DNA of 33,437 nt. Source: Candidatus Mnemosynella bozhongmuii. Lineage in GTDB: Archaea; Halobacteriota; Archaeoglobi; Mnemosynellales; Mnemosynellaceae. The notes beneath the pieces were generated by a model. The model was given only the letters and a program-made list of their open reading frames with translations. It did not search any database and was not told the origin of the DNA. The stretch's first letter is position 1. Each line of letters starts with the position of its first letter. The position numbers were made by a program, and so were the translations under genes. This document shows positions 26,888 through 33,437 of the stretch, piece after piece. The stretch spans positions 1 to 33,437 of the forward strand of contig JACIWD010000090.1 of assembly GCA_014361165.1 (NCBI GenBank). Direction: 5' to 3'.

Positions 26888-27841
26888 TTACCACCCCTTT
26901 TTCACTCTCTCCCTTACAGGAGAGATGATCTCATTAAGATACTTTGCTGCTGAGTTCTTCAAATCAAGAGGATGAATCTCATCGTTCATGTAACTTTCTC
27001 CGAGTTCTTCGAAACTTCTGAACTCAACATCTCCTCCAAACTTCTCATCTCTCTCAATCCTCACAACCTCAAATCTCGGGAAGATGTGATATCTGAAAAT
27101 CTCCATGACGGGGTTCCCTTCTATCTTCCCGGGAGGACAGAAAGCCTTTCTCATCTTCTCGTAAATCTCCTCCTCGCTGTCATCCACCGAGATGAAGTTG
27201 TTCAGCGAGGAGGACATTTTCTTTCCATCAAGCCCGCTTATTATCGGGGTGTGCATGCATATCGGGGCTTTAAATCCAATTTTCGGAAGCCCCTCTCTTG
27301 CGAGCATGTGAATCTTTCTCTGATCCATTCCTCCGAGAGCAACATCAACCCCGAGAGTTGCTATGTCAACAGCCTGCATCAGCGGGTAGATCATCTGCGA
27401 GACCATCGGGTTTTCAGCATTTCTGCTCACCTCGTCCATGCTCCTCTTTGCCCTCTTCAGAGAAGTCTCCCTTGCGAGCTTGAGAACATTGATCACGTAT
27501 TCCTTCTCTGTCTGATATTCGGAGCCGAGCACGTATCTTGCGTCTTCGAGCCCGAGAGCCTGGAAGCACCTCTTGTTATATTCTGCAATCTCCCTGACCT
27601 CTTCCATGCTCCCCTTCTCATTCAGATATGCGTGAAGATCAGCGAGGAGGACTGTTACCCTGAAGCCTTCCTCCCTCAGATCGATAAGCTTGTTAACCGT
27701 GACCATGTGGCCGAGATGAATCTTTCCGCTCGGCTCGTAGCCAGTGTAAACAGAGGGTGAGCTCTCGGTTTCGATGAGCTCTCTGAGCTCCTCTAACATT
27801 ACAACCTCTTCAACATTCCTCGTAATCCTTTCGAGATTCAT
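26888..27841 (-). CDS. tyrS: Tyrosyl-tRNA synthetase (archaeal type)
   Basis: MNLERITRN...[16 protein letters not shown] (HIGH), KMSSS (KMSKS). Collinear with the archaeal TyrRS pattern. ATG 27841 is preferred over 27865, which would overlap cofE. Confidence 0.92.
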   Translation of the reverse strand: MNLERITRNVEEVVMLEELRELIETESSPSVYTGYEPSGKIHLGHMVTVNKLIDLREEGFRVTVLLADLHAYLNEKGSMEEVREIAEYNKRCFQALGLEDARYVLGSEYQTEKEYVINVLKLARETSLKRAKRSMDEVSRNAENPMVSQMIYPLMQAVDIATLGVDVALGGMDQRKIHMLAREGLPKIGFKAPICMHTPIISGLDGKKMSSSLNNFISVDDSEEEIYEKMRKAFCPPGKIEGNPVMEIFRYHIFPRFEVVRIERDEKFGGDVEFRSFEELGESYMNDEIHPLDLKNSAAKYLNEIISPVRERVKKGW

Positions 27842-27851
27842 TCTCTCCCCT

Positions 27852-28616
27852 TCATCCTTCTTCAATAAAGCTATTAAAACCTTTAGTTCTGAAATGCCTG
27901 AGAATCCTGCGTATCACATCCTCCTCCTCATCTCTCAGAAGGATCTCTGCCCCCCCATCATCGCTGAGAAGCTCGAGACCTCTGAATATGACCACGGGAA
28001 TTCCCTCCGAACCCTCCCCCATGATGAGGGTTGCGAAATCCGCAATCTGATCAGCTATGGCTCTTTTCGTAATTCTCAGAGGCCTTCCGAAGAGATCCTC
28101 TTCACCCTCTTCAATAATCTTCAGACCCGAGGCACCTATACAAACTCCTGTGTGTCCTCTCCTGAAGCATCTCCCGGAGGTATCCGTGATGAGAACTCCA
28201 ACCCTCTTCCCTCTTTTCTCTAACTCCTTTCTGATTCTTCTCGCGGATTCATCGGGATTCTCTGGCGGGAGAACTGCAAGACCCTCCGGAATGTTTGACC
28301 TGTCGATCGCTGAATTCACGCAGATCCAGTTTCCTCTCCTCGTCAGGATGAACGGAAACTCCAGAAGAATTTCGTCGCTCTCTCTCAGAACGAGCTCAAC
28401 AAATCTCGGATCCTCCTTCAATCTTTCTGCAATCCTCAGAGCTCTCTCAGATGGCCTGATGCTCTCAAGAGAGACAACCCTTCCCTCGATTTTAGAAATT
28501 GCCTTCGAGGAGATTGCTATGATGTCTCCGCTCCTCACCTCATCCTCAATCATTCTAACGAGATCATCACCCTTCTTTAAAATCGGGAGATTTCTGACTG
28601 GAATGACCTGAATCAT
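27852..28616 (-). CDS. cofE: Coenzyme F420-0:L-glutamate ligase
   Basis: IAISSKAISKIEGRVV, NSAIDRSN, ITDTSGRCFRRGHTGVCIGASGL. 254 aa. Confidence 0.85.
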   Translation of the reverse strand: MIQVIPVRNLPILKKGDDLVRMIEDEVRSGDIIAISSKAISKIEGRVVSLESIRPSERALRIAERLKEDPRFVELVLRESDEILLEFPFILTRRGNWICVNSAIDRSNIPEGLAVLPPENPDESARRIRKELEKRGKRVGVLITDTSGRCFRRGHTGVCIGASGLKIIEEGEEDLFGRPLRITKRAIADQIADFATLIMGEGSEGIPVVIFRGLELLSDDGGAEILLRDEEEDVIRRILRHFRTKGFNSFIEEG

Positions 28617-29794
28617 CTGGTCTCACCGAGCAGAAGGCTCATTAGCTCAAGACCGTTCCTCATTCCATATGCTCCATCTTTTGCTGAGATCTCATCGTAT
28701 CTCTGAACATCATCCTGATGAACACCCTCTCCCCATATGACGAAGGGAACGGGATCATGGCAGTGAGTTCTCAGCTTGATGGGAGTTGCGTGATCTGGAG
28801 TGAGGAGAATTCTCAGCTCTCCCTCAAACTCAAGAATTCTTCCGAGCATCTCATCGACCCTCTCTATTGCGTAAATCTTCTTCTCAATACTCCCCTCATG
28901 AGATGCCTCATCCGGAGCCTCAACATGAAGAAGAACAAAGTCATTCTTCTCGAGACACTTCATAGCGCTCTCAGCTTTCCCCTCATAGTTTGTGTCTATG
29001 TATCCGGTTGCTCCGGGAACATCCACAATCTTCAGACCAGCATATTTTCCGAGACCTCTGATCAGATCAACAGCTGAGATGACGCATCCTCTGAGCCCAT
29101 ACTTCACGCTCATTTCAGGCATCTCCGGTCTCCTTCCCTGTCCCCAAGGCCATATCATGTTCGCAGGTCTCTCCCCTCTTCTGATCCTCTCCTCATTTAT
29201 CTCGTGCTTTGCGAGAATTTCAGATGCGAGGAAAATGAGTTCTCTGAGCTTCCTCACAGTCCTCTCATCTCCAATGGGAAGATGCTTTTCTATTTCCTCC
29301 CCCATTATGTTGTGCGGAGGTGTGCAACTCACCCTCTCTGAATACCCTGAGAGCAGGAGGAGATTCCTGTAACTCACACCTGGTAAGAATCTTGCCTCCC
29401 CATTCAGCCTCTCATTCAGAGCCTCAATCAGAATTCTTGCCTCCTCTGTTGAGATGTGCCCAGCTGAGTAATCCACCATGATTCCGTCTTTCACCGTCAC
29501 GAGATTGCATCTGTATGCAACCTCATCACTATTGAGCTCGATTCCCATTCCGCCGGCTTCGAGAGGACCTCTTCCTGTGTAATATTTCCTCGGATCATAT
29601 CCGAGGATTGAGAGTGTTGCAATCTCGCTTCCAGGCTCCATATCTCTTGGAACATTCTCGGTAAGACCGCAGGCTCCTTCTCTTGCCATCCTGTCCATAT
29701 TCGGTGTTTCTGCAACCTGAAGAGGAGTTCTTCCATCGAGCTCTCTTAATGGTCTGTCCGCCATTCCATCCGGAATGAAGATGAGATACTTCAT
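28613..29794 (-). CDS. apgM: Cofactor-independent phosphoglycerate mutase, archaeal ApgM family (COG3635; alkaline-phosphatase superfamily)
   Basis: [76 protein letters not shown]. Confidence 0.82.
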   Translation of the reverse strand: MKYLIFIPDGMADRPLRELDGRTPLQVAETPNMDRMAREGACGLTENVPRDMEPGSEIATLSILGYDPRKYYTGRGPLEAGGMGIELNSDEVAYRCNLVTVKDGIMVDYSAGHISTEEARILIEALNERLNGEARFLPGVSYRNLLLLSGYSERVSCTPPHNIMGEEIEKHLPIGDERTVRKLRELIFLASEILAKHEINEERIRRGERPANMIWPWGQGRRPEMPEMSVKYGLRGCVISAVDLIRGLGKYAGLKIVDVPGATGYIDTNYEGKAESAMKCLEKNDFVLLHVEAPDEASHEGSIEKKIYAIERVDEMLGRILEFEGELRILLTPDHATPIKLRTHCHDPVPFVIWGEGVHQDDVQRYDEISAKDGAYGMRNGLELMSLLLGETR

Positions 29795-29797
29795 TTC

Positions 29798-30685
29798 TCA
29801 CTCCTCCAGAATTCTGACACCTTCTCCACTCTCAGTTATGAAGCACTCGCAGGATATTCCATTTCTTTCAAAGACCTCCTTCATGGCTCTTTCAACCCCA
29901 GAGCTCTCTTCCGAGATGACTGCTATTATAGCCGGTCCGCTCCCGCTGATAGTGACTCCATATGCTCCGGCCTCGAGAGCAGCCCTCTTCACATCATCAT
30001 AAAACGGAATAAATTTTTTTCTCATCCTCTCCGCAATCCCTCTGTTCATCAGCTCGCTGAATCTCCGTGCATTTCCTCTGAGAGCCTCATAAACCATCAT
30101 TGAAGCGGTGCTGAGGTCTTCCTTGTGCTCTTCAAGAGAGATGAATTCTGGAAGCGATCTTCTTGCTTCAAGCGTCGAAACTTTTATCTCCGGAAGGCAT
30201 ACCGCAACCCTCAGCTTCAGGGGAATGGAAACCGCTCTTAAATTTCCTCCTCTTCCTTTCACAACTGTGAAATATCCGAGGATAGCTGCAGAGACATTGT
30301 CAGCATGATACGAACCGGAAATCATCTCCTCTCCCCTCGCCGAAATGTCAATCATCTCCTCTTTGCTCAATCCGAGAGAATAGAGCTCGTTAAGAGCAAC
30401 AGTCACTCCTGCTGAGGTTGCTGCACTGCTTCCGAGACCGCTTGCTGCTCTGATACCTTTGAAGATCTCGATTCTTGCGGTCACTCCGAGCTCTTCAGCT
30501 ATCCTCCATGCAACATTCCTCCTGTCCTTCGGAACGCCTTCAGAGATTCCGGAGACCTTCAGCTCGATCTCATCACTCTCCTCAACTATTATCTCATCGA
30601 AAGGCTCTTTAAGAGCCAGAGCAAAGACATCAAAACCTGCTCCGAGATTCGCTGAAGTTGCTGGAGCTCTGACTCTGATCATCAT
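29798..30685 (-). CDS. thrB: Homoserine kinase (GHMP)
   Basis: IRVRAPATSANLGAGFDVFALAL and GHMP motif GLGSSAATSAG. SGSGPAI near the C-terminus. Confidence 0.9.
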   Translation of the reverse strand: MMIRVRAPATSANLGAGFDVFALALKEPFDEIIVEESDEIELKVSGISEGVPKDRRNVAWRIAEELGVTARIEIFKGIRAASGLGSSAATSAGVTVALNELYSLGLSKEEMIDISARGEEMISGSYHADNVSAAILGYFTVVKGRGGNLRAVSIPLKLRVAVCLPEIKVSTLEARRSLPEFISLEEHKEDLSTASMMVYEALRGNARRFSELMNRGIAERMRKKFIPFYDDVKRAALEAGAYGVTISGSGPAIIAVISEESSGVERAMKEVFERNGISCECFITESGEGVRILEE

Positions 30686-31050
30686 TTAGAGTTTCCCTCT
30701 CCTTCTTATAATCCTATCCATTCTACTGAGCCTTGGAAGATTTATTAGATTCGACGGGAAATCAGAAAATCATGGAGTTTCTGAAGAGGAATGCACTGAA
30801 ATGACACTTCAGCTCATCTCAAAGAAATACGGAAATCTCTCAATCTCATGGTTTGAAGCTCTTTTTCGAGCTGACAGAAGATGAGAGGCTGAAGAGTATA
30901 AAGATGTGATTTTAGAGGAGTGATGATGGAGGGTGAACATTCATCTGGTGAAACAGAAGAAAGTTCTCGGAGCTGGAGAAAATCTACTCTCCTCTCATCA
31001 AAGTTTAGAGGAGCAAGAAGATTTTTAAGAAAAGATGAAGAACTGAAAAA

Positions 31051-31102
31051 TCATGGGAAAGATCATAGAAGCTGTCTATGAGAAAGGAGTCTTCAGACCT
31101 CT
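31051..31102 (+). repeat. 52-bp exact repeat, copy A (5' end of antitoxin 1); partner at 31675-31726
   Basis: TCATGGGAAAGATCATAGAAGCTGTCTATGAGAAAGGAGTCTTCAGACCTCT is identical in both copies (offset 624). Confidence 0.9.
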
Positions 31103-31271
31103 CCAGAAGGTTGAGCTTAAAGAGGGGGAGAGGGTTTTACTGAGGATTGATGACAGGAAAGGCAGAAGGGAGGAGTTCCTCAAATCCTGGAAACTCCTGA
31201 GCACGGGAAGGAAGATAACTGCAGAGGAGCTCAGAAATTTGAGGCTCGAGAAGTATGAAAGTGTTCTTTGA
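31053..31271 (+). CDS. DUF104 (AF2212-like) putative antitoxin, module 1
   Basis: [28 protein letters not shown] is the DUF104 signature. Overlaps the downstream PIN gene by 17 nt. Confidence 0.7.
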   Translation: MGKIIEAVYEKGVFRPLQKVELKEGERVLLRIDDRKGRREEFLKSWKLLSTGRKITAEELRNLRLEKYESVL

Positions 31272-31653
31272 TACGAATTTCCTTGTGAGTCTGATTGTGG
31301 AAACAGAGTTCTCGGAGAGAGCAAGGAAGGTGCTCGAGAGTTACATTGATTCTGATTTCATAACCTCAATCAATGTTCTGGAGGAGGTTTCATTCATTCT
31401 GAGAAAGCTCATGAAGATGAGGAATGAGGATATGGTTGAGAAATTGAGGAAACTCCTGGAGGGTCTTGAAATAGAGGTCATAGAGCACCTTCCCCTTGAG
31501 GAGTTCTTCGAGGTCTTAAGAGAATATCCTCTCCTCCCGAATGATGCTCTAATAGCAGCAACCTGCAGATATTATGGAATCAGAAGAATCGCAACCTTTG
31601 ATGAGGATTTCAAGAGAGTTGACTTCCTTGAAATCATCACAGAAGGTTTTTAA
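31255..31653 (+). CDS. vapC: PIN-domain ribonuclease toxin (VapC-like), module 1
   Basis: [13 protein letters not shown] (first acidic residue), internal [13 protein letters not shown] and ATFDEDF acidic motifs. Confidence 0.8.
   Translation: MKVFFDTNFLVSLIVETEFSERARKVLESYIDSDFITSINVLEEVSFILRKLMKMRNEDMVEKLRKLLEGLEIEVIEHLPLEEFFEVLREYPLLPNDALIAATCRYYGIRRIATFDEDFKRVDFLEIITEGF
31537..31622 (+). repeat. 86-bp near-identical repeat, copy A (3' part of PIN 1); partner at 32195-32280
   Basis: CCGAATGATGCTCT[A/C]ATAGCAGCAACCTGCAGATATTATGGAATCAGAAGAATCGCAACCTTTGATGAGGATTTCAAGAGAGTTGA, with one mismatch (31551 A vs 32209 C). Confidence 0.9.
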
Positions 31654-31674
31654 GAAGAGAAGGAAAATTGAAAT

Positions 31675-31726
31675 TCATGGGAAAGATCATAGAAGCTGTC
31701 TATGAGAAAGGAGTCTTCAGACCTCT
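31675..31726 (+). repeat. 52-bp exact repeat, copy B (5' end of antitoxin 2)
   Basis: Identical to 31051-31102. A 40-nt core (GAGAAAGGAGTCTTCAGACCTCTCCAGAAGGTTGAGCTTA) also links copy A to the pseudogene at about 32370-32412. Confidence 0.9.
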
Positions 31727-31871
31727 TCAAAAAGTTGATCTGAGAGAAGGGGAGAGGGTGAGGATTGAGATAAAGGTGAGAAGGCTCGAATTTGAGCCCA
31801 TAGAGCTGAGAAGAGTGTTAAAAATCGAGGACATAAATTCGGTGAGAGATGAACTATGGACGTCTTCTTAG
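31677..31871 (+). CDS. DUF104 (AF2212-like) putative antitoxin, module 2
   Basis: Same N-terminus [20 protein letters not shown] with a divergent C-terminus. ATG 31677 (the track ORF begins at TTG 31668). 16-nt overlap with the PIN gene. Confidence 0.7.
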   Translation: MGKIIEAVYEKGVFRPLQKVDLREGERVRIEIKVRRLEFEPIELRRVLKIEDINSVRDELWTSS

Positions 31872-32305
31872 ACACATCATTCATCATTCCCCTCATCCTG
31901 AGAACCGAGAAGACCTTGGAGGCGAGGAAGTTTTTCGAATCTTCAGAATATCGCCTCTTCAGCTGTGCTGCAGTTTTTCAGGAGACATTTTATGTTGGTT
32001 TGAGACTTCTGGCTGAGGAGAGATTCGGAATAAAAAATTCATTTTCGCTCAGGAAGTGGATAAGAAATAACGGTTACAATGGATTTGAAGATTTCCTTGA
32101 GTATCTCACGATTGTTTTCAGAGAGATAAATCTGCTTGAGGATTTGACCGATGAGGAGGAAATCCTTAGTATTGCTCGGAAATACTCCCTCCTTCCGAAT
32201 GATGCTCTCATAGCAGCAACCTGCAGATATTATGGAATCAGAAGAATCGCAACCTTTGATGAGGATTTCAAGAGAGTTGATTTTCTCGATGTTCTGATTC
32301 TCTGA
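31856..32305 (+). CDS. vapC: PIN-domain ribonuclease toxin (VapC-like), module 2
   Basis: [46 protein letters not shown]. Confidence 0.8.
   Translation: MDVFLDTSFIIPLILRTEKTLEARKFFESSEYRLFSCAAVFQETFYVGLRLLAEERFGIKNSFSLRKWIRNNGYNGFEDFLEYLTIVFREINLLEDLTDEEEILSIARKYSLLPNDALIAATCRYYGIRRIATFDEDFKRVDFLDVLIL
32195..32280 (+). repeat. 86-bp near-identical repeat, copy B (3' part of PIN 2)
   Basis: 85/86 identical to 31537-31622, while the remainder of the two PIN genes is strongly diverged. Confidence 0.9.
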
Positions 32306-32342
32306 GGGAAAAGTATTTTCTCCTCTCAGATCAAAATCAGAA

Positions 32343-32549
32343 ATGGTGAACAGGACGATAGAAGCTGTTTACGAGAAAGGAGTCTTCAGACCTCTCCAGA
32401 AGGTTGAGCTTAGAGAAGGGTAGAAGGTCAGACTGAGGGTGGAGAAAGACATCCTTGAGTTCGCGAGGAGATACGCTGGAGTCGGAAAATACCGCGGAAA
32501 ACTGACGGACAGAAAGCTCCACAGCATAGAGGTTGATCTCCTTGAGTGA
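32343..32549 (+). pseudogene. DUF104 antitoxin pseudogene (module 3) with an in-frame TAG
   Basis: ATG 32343: [29 protein letters not shown](32421-32423)-KVRLRVEKDILEFARRYAGVGKYRGKLTDRKLHSIEVDLLE-TGA(32547-32549). The intact paralogues have GAG at the TAG position. Confidence 0.7.
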
Positions 32550-32826
32550 TGAGGTTTTTGTTATTTCTTCCTCAAGTTTCTCGAAGGGGATGAAAAGGCG
32601 AGGGATTTAATTCTCAGGTTGAAGGAAAGGTATGAGCTCTATCGCAACAGCATAGTATACAGCGAAGTTTTATTCGTCTGATCCGATGAGCAGGAAAAGA
32701 AGAGTTTTTTGAGCTCAGAAAAAATCTCCTTAAGAGATTAAAACTCTGAGGGTGGAGAGACACCACTCCTCGCAGATCTCTTCGACAATTGTCGAAGTGA
32801 ATTTCGATGAGTTTAAGAGGGGCTGA
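32549..32826 (+). pseudogene. PIN-domain toxin pseudogene (module 3), multiply frameshifted
   Basis: PIN-like pieces lie in three frames: MR / VFVISSSSF / LKFLEGDEKARDLILRLKERYELYRNSIVYSEVLF / GKEEFFELRKNLLKRLKL / ETPLLADLFDNCRSEF / FDEFKRG-TGA(32824-32826). The first catalytic Asp position reads Ile. Confidence 0.55.
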
Positions 32827-32860
32827 GACTCTCATCTCACCTCTCGCTTAACATTTCCAA

Positions 32861-32878
32861 CCAAAAAGGTTTTAAATA
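32861..32878 (+). promoter_or_regulatory. Consensus-like archaeal BRE/TATA promoter upstream of the surface-protein gene
   Basis: CCAAAAAGG-TTTTAAATA (TATA 32870-32878), almost the same BRE/TATA string as the Sm-L37e promoter (AAAAAGATTTAAATA). The predicted start site is near 32898-32902. Confidence 0.5.
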
Positions 32879-32897
32879 GTGGATAATTATAATTTAG

Positions 32898-32982
32898 TTC
32901 AAAGGTGACGGGTTAGCAGCGATGCCATATCTCTGGCTCAGTCCGGGAAAGGGTTATAAGTGTGAAGCCCGTCACCTTTGAA
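32898..32982 (+). promoter_or_regulatory. 15-bp perfect inverted repeat (85-nt stem-loop). Candidate 5'-terminal leader hairpin of the surface-protein mRNA; alternatives are a small ncRNA or a MITE-like element
   Basis: TTCAAAGGTGACGGG (32898-32912) is the exact reverse complement of CCCGTCACCTTTGAA (32968-32982), with a 55-nt interior that I could not fold convincingly by eye. It begins where the promoter predicts the transcript 5' end and ends 33 nt before ATG 33015. Confidence 0.4.
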
Positions 32983-33014
32983 AAAGCCTCTGAAAAGGAG
33001 GAGGAAGATAAAGT

Positions 33015-33437
33015 ATGGAAGGAACTAAAAGAATTCTCTCAATAGTGATGGCAACAGTAATGGTGCTCTCAGTGTTCGCAGGGCTTGCGGTGATTCCGGC
33101 GAGTGCCGCTACCTATTCGCAAAACCAGAATTTCACCGTAGAAGATGACTCTTTGGTCATCGGTGAAACGTTGAGGATTAATGTTACCAATCAAACAGCT
33201 CTCAAAACTGTGGGTGTAGACACTACGGTTACAATTAAAGGTACAGGTGGTGATACAGAAGGAAAGATATACACTCTGTACAGCGGTACTCCGGACAACA
33301 CGTGGATCAACATTTCTACCAAAGACAGGGGCATTGTAGCTGGCGAATACACTCTTACTGTGAAAAACGCAACTGGAGTTTCAGACAGTTTAACCATTAC
33401 CTTTGCGGAGCCAGTGCTTATAGTGAAGCTCAATGAT
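33015..33437 (+). CDS. Secreted surface (S-layer-like) glycoprotein, N-terminal 141 codons; the 3' end lies outside the window (not in the ORF track because no stop is reached)
   Basis: AAGGAGGAGG RBS at 32996-33005. MEGTKRILSIVMATVMVLSVFAGLAVIPASA signal peptide. Beta-rich T/V/G sequence with five N-x-S/T sequons (NFT, NVT, NQT, NIS, NAT). The frame is open to the window end. Confidence 0.7.
   Translation, partial: MEGTKRILSIVMATVMVLSVFAGLAVIPASAATYSQNQNFTVEDDSLVIGETLRINVTNQTALKTVGVDTTVTIKGTGGDTEGKIYTLYSGTPDNTWINISTKDRGIVAGEYTLTVKNATGVSDSLTITFAEPVLIVKLND

Noticed and set aside
30914-31003. A box C-like GTGATGA (30920-30926) with flanking complementary AGAGGAG/CTCCTCT, considered as a possible C/D box sRNA downstream of a TATA-like GTATAAAG.
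   Set aside because: There is no CUGA box D adjacent to the 3' stem and no D'/C' pair at the expected 12-nt guide spacing. The two candidate stems are mutually exclusive. It is kept only as part of the non-coding-gap finding.
32421-32423. The in-frame TAG in the third DUF104 gene as possible pyrrolysine or readthrough recoding.
   Set aside because: The paralogues have GAG at this codon (a single G->T change). The partner toxin gene is grossly frameshifted. Nothing else in the window suggests Pyl usage, so a pseudogene is the simpler explanation.
33191-33433. Minus-strand ORF of 80 aa at the window end.
   Set aside because: It is antisense to the signal-peptide/RBS-supported plus-strand surface-protein frame. 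It has no start context or motifs.

Overview
Gene-dense archaeal (euryarchaeal) chromosomal segment. The Hdr/Mvh cluster without mvhB, the F420 and methanopterin genes and the DUF104/PIN modules look most like Archaeoglobales, but that assignment is inference. I support about 45 protein genes in seven alternating strand blocks, many joined by 4-nt ATGA-type overlaps.

Gene content, left to right:
- hdrA (5'-truncated), hdrC, hdrB, mvhD, mvhG, mvhA and a hydrogenase maturation protease.
- thi4, thiM, thiE, thiD.
- Minus strand: mptA, a secreted LTD + PLD protein, and an MBL-fold hydrolase.
- aroE-tyrA, convergent with a minus block: PUA protein, SepF, ZPR1, methyltransferase, archaeal shikimate kinase, chorismate mutase.
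- Sm protein, L37e (59 aa, absent from the ORF track), purF, polB, and a three-gene MacB-type ABC unit.
- A long minus operon: thrB, apgM, cofE, tyrS, aIF-1A, rio1, KH/Dim2, cooC-like.

Only the right end (30.7-33.4 kb) looks accessory. It holds a 367-bp non-coding stretch and three tandem DUF104-antitoxin/PIN-toxin modules, two intact and mosaic and one decayed. These are followed by a consensus BRE/TATA promoter, a 15-bp perfect inverted repeat and the 5' part of an S-layer-like glycoprotein gene that runs off the window.

No rRNA, tRNA, CRISPR array, transposase or integrase was recognised. I do not see a convincing wholly new multi-gene system. The most noteworthy items are:
- aIF-1A, whose conserved N-terminal region has no canonical start codon.
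- The mosaic and decaying toxin-antitoxin array.
- The inverted-repeat leader upstream of the surface-protein gene.
- The ABC transporter with an Ig-like membrane partner.
- A secreted LTD-PLD enzyme translationally coupled to mptA.
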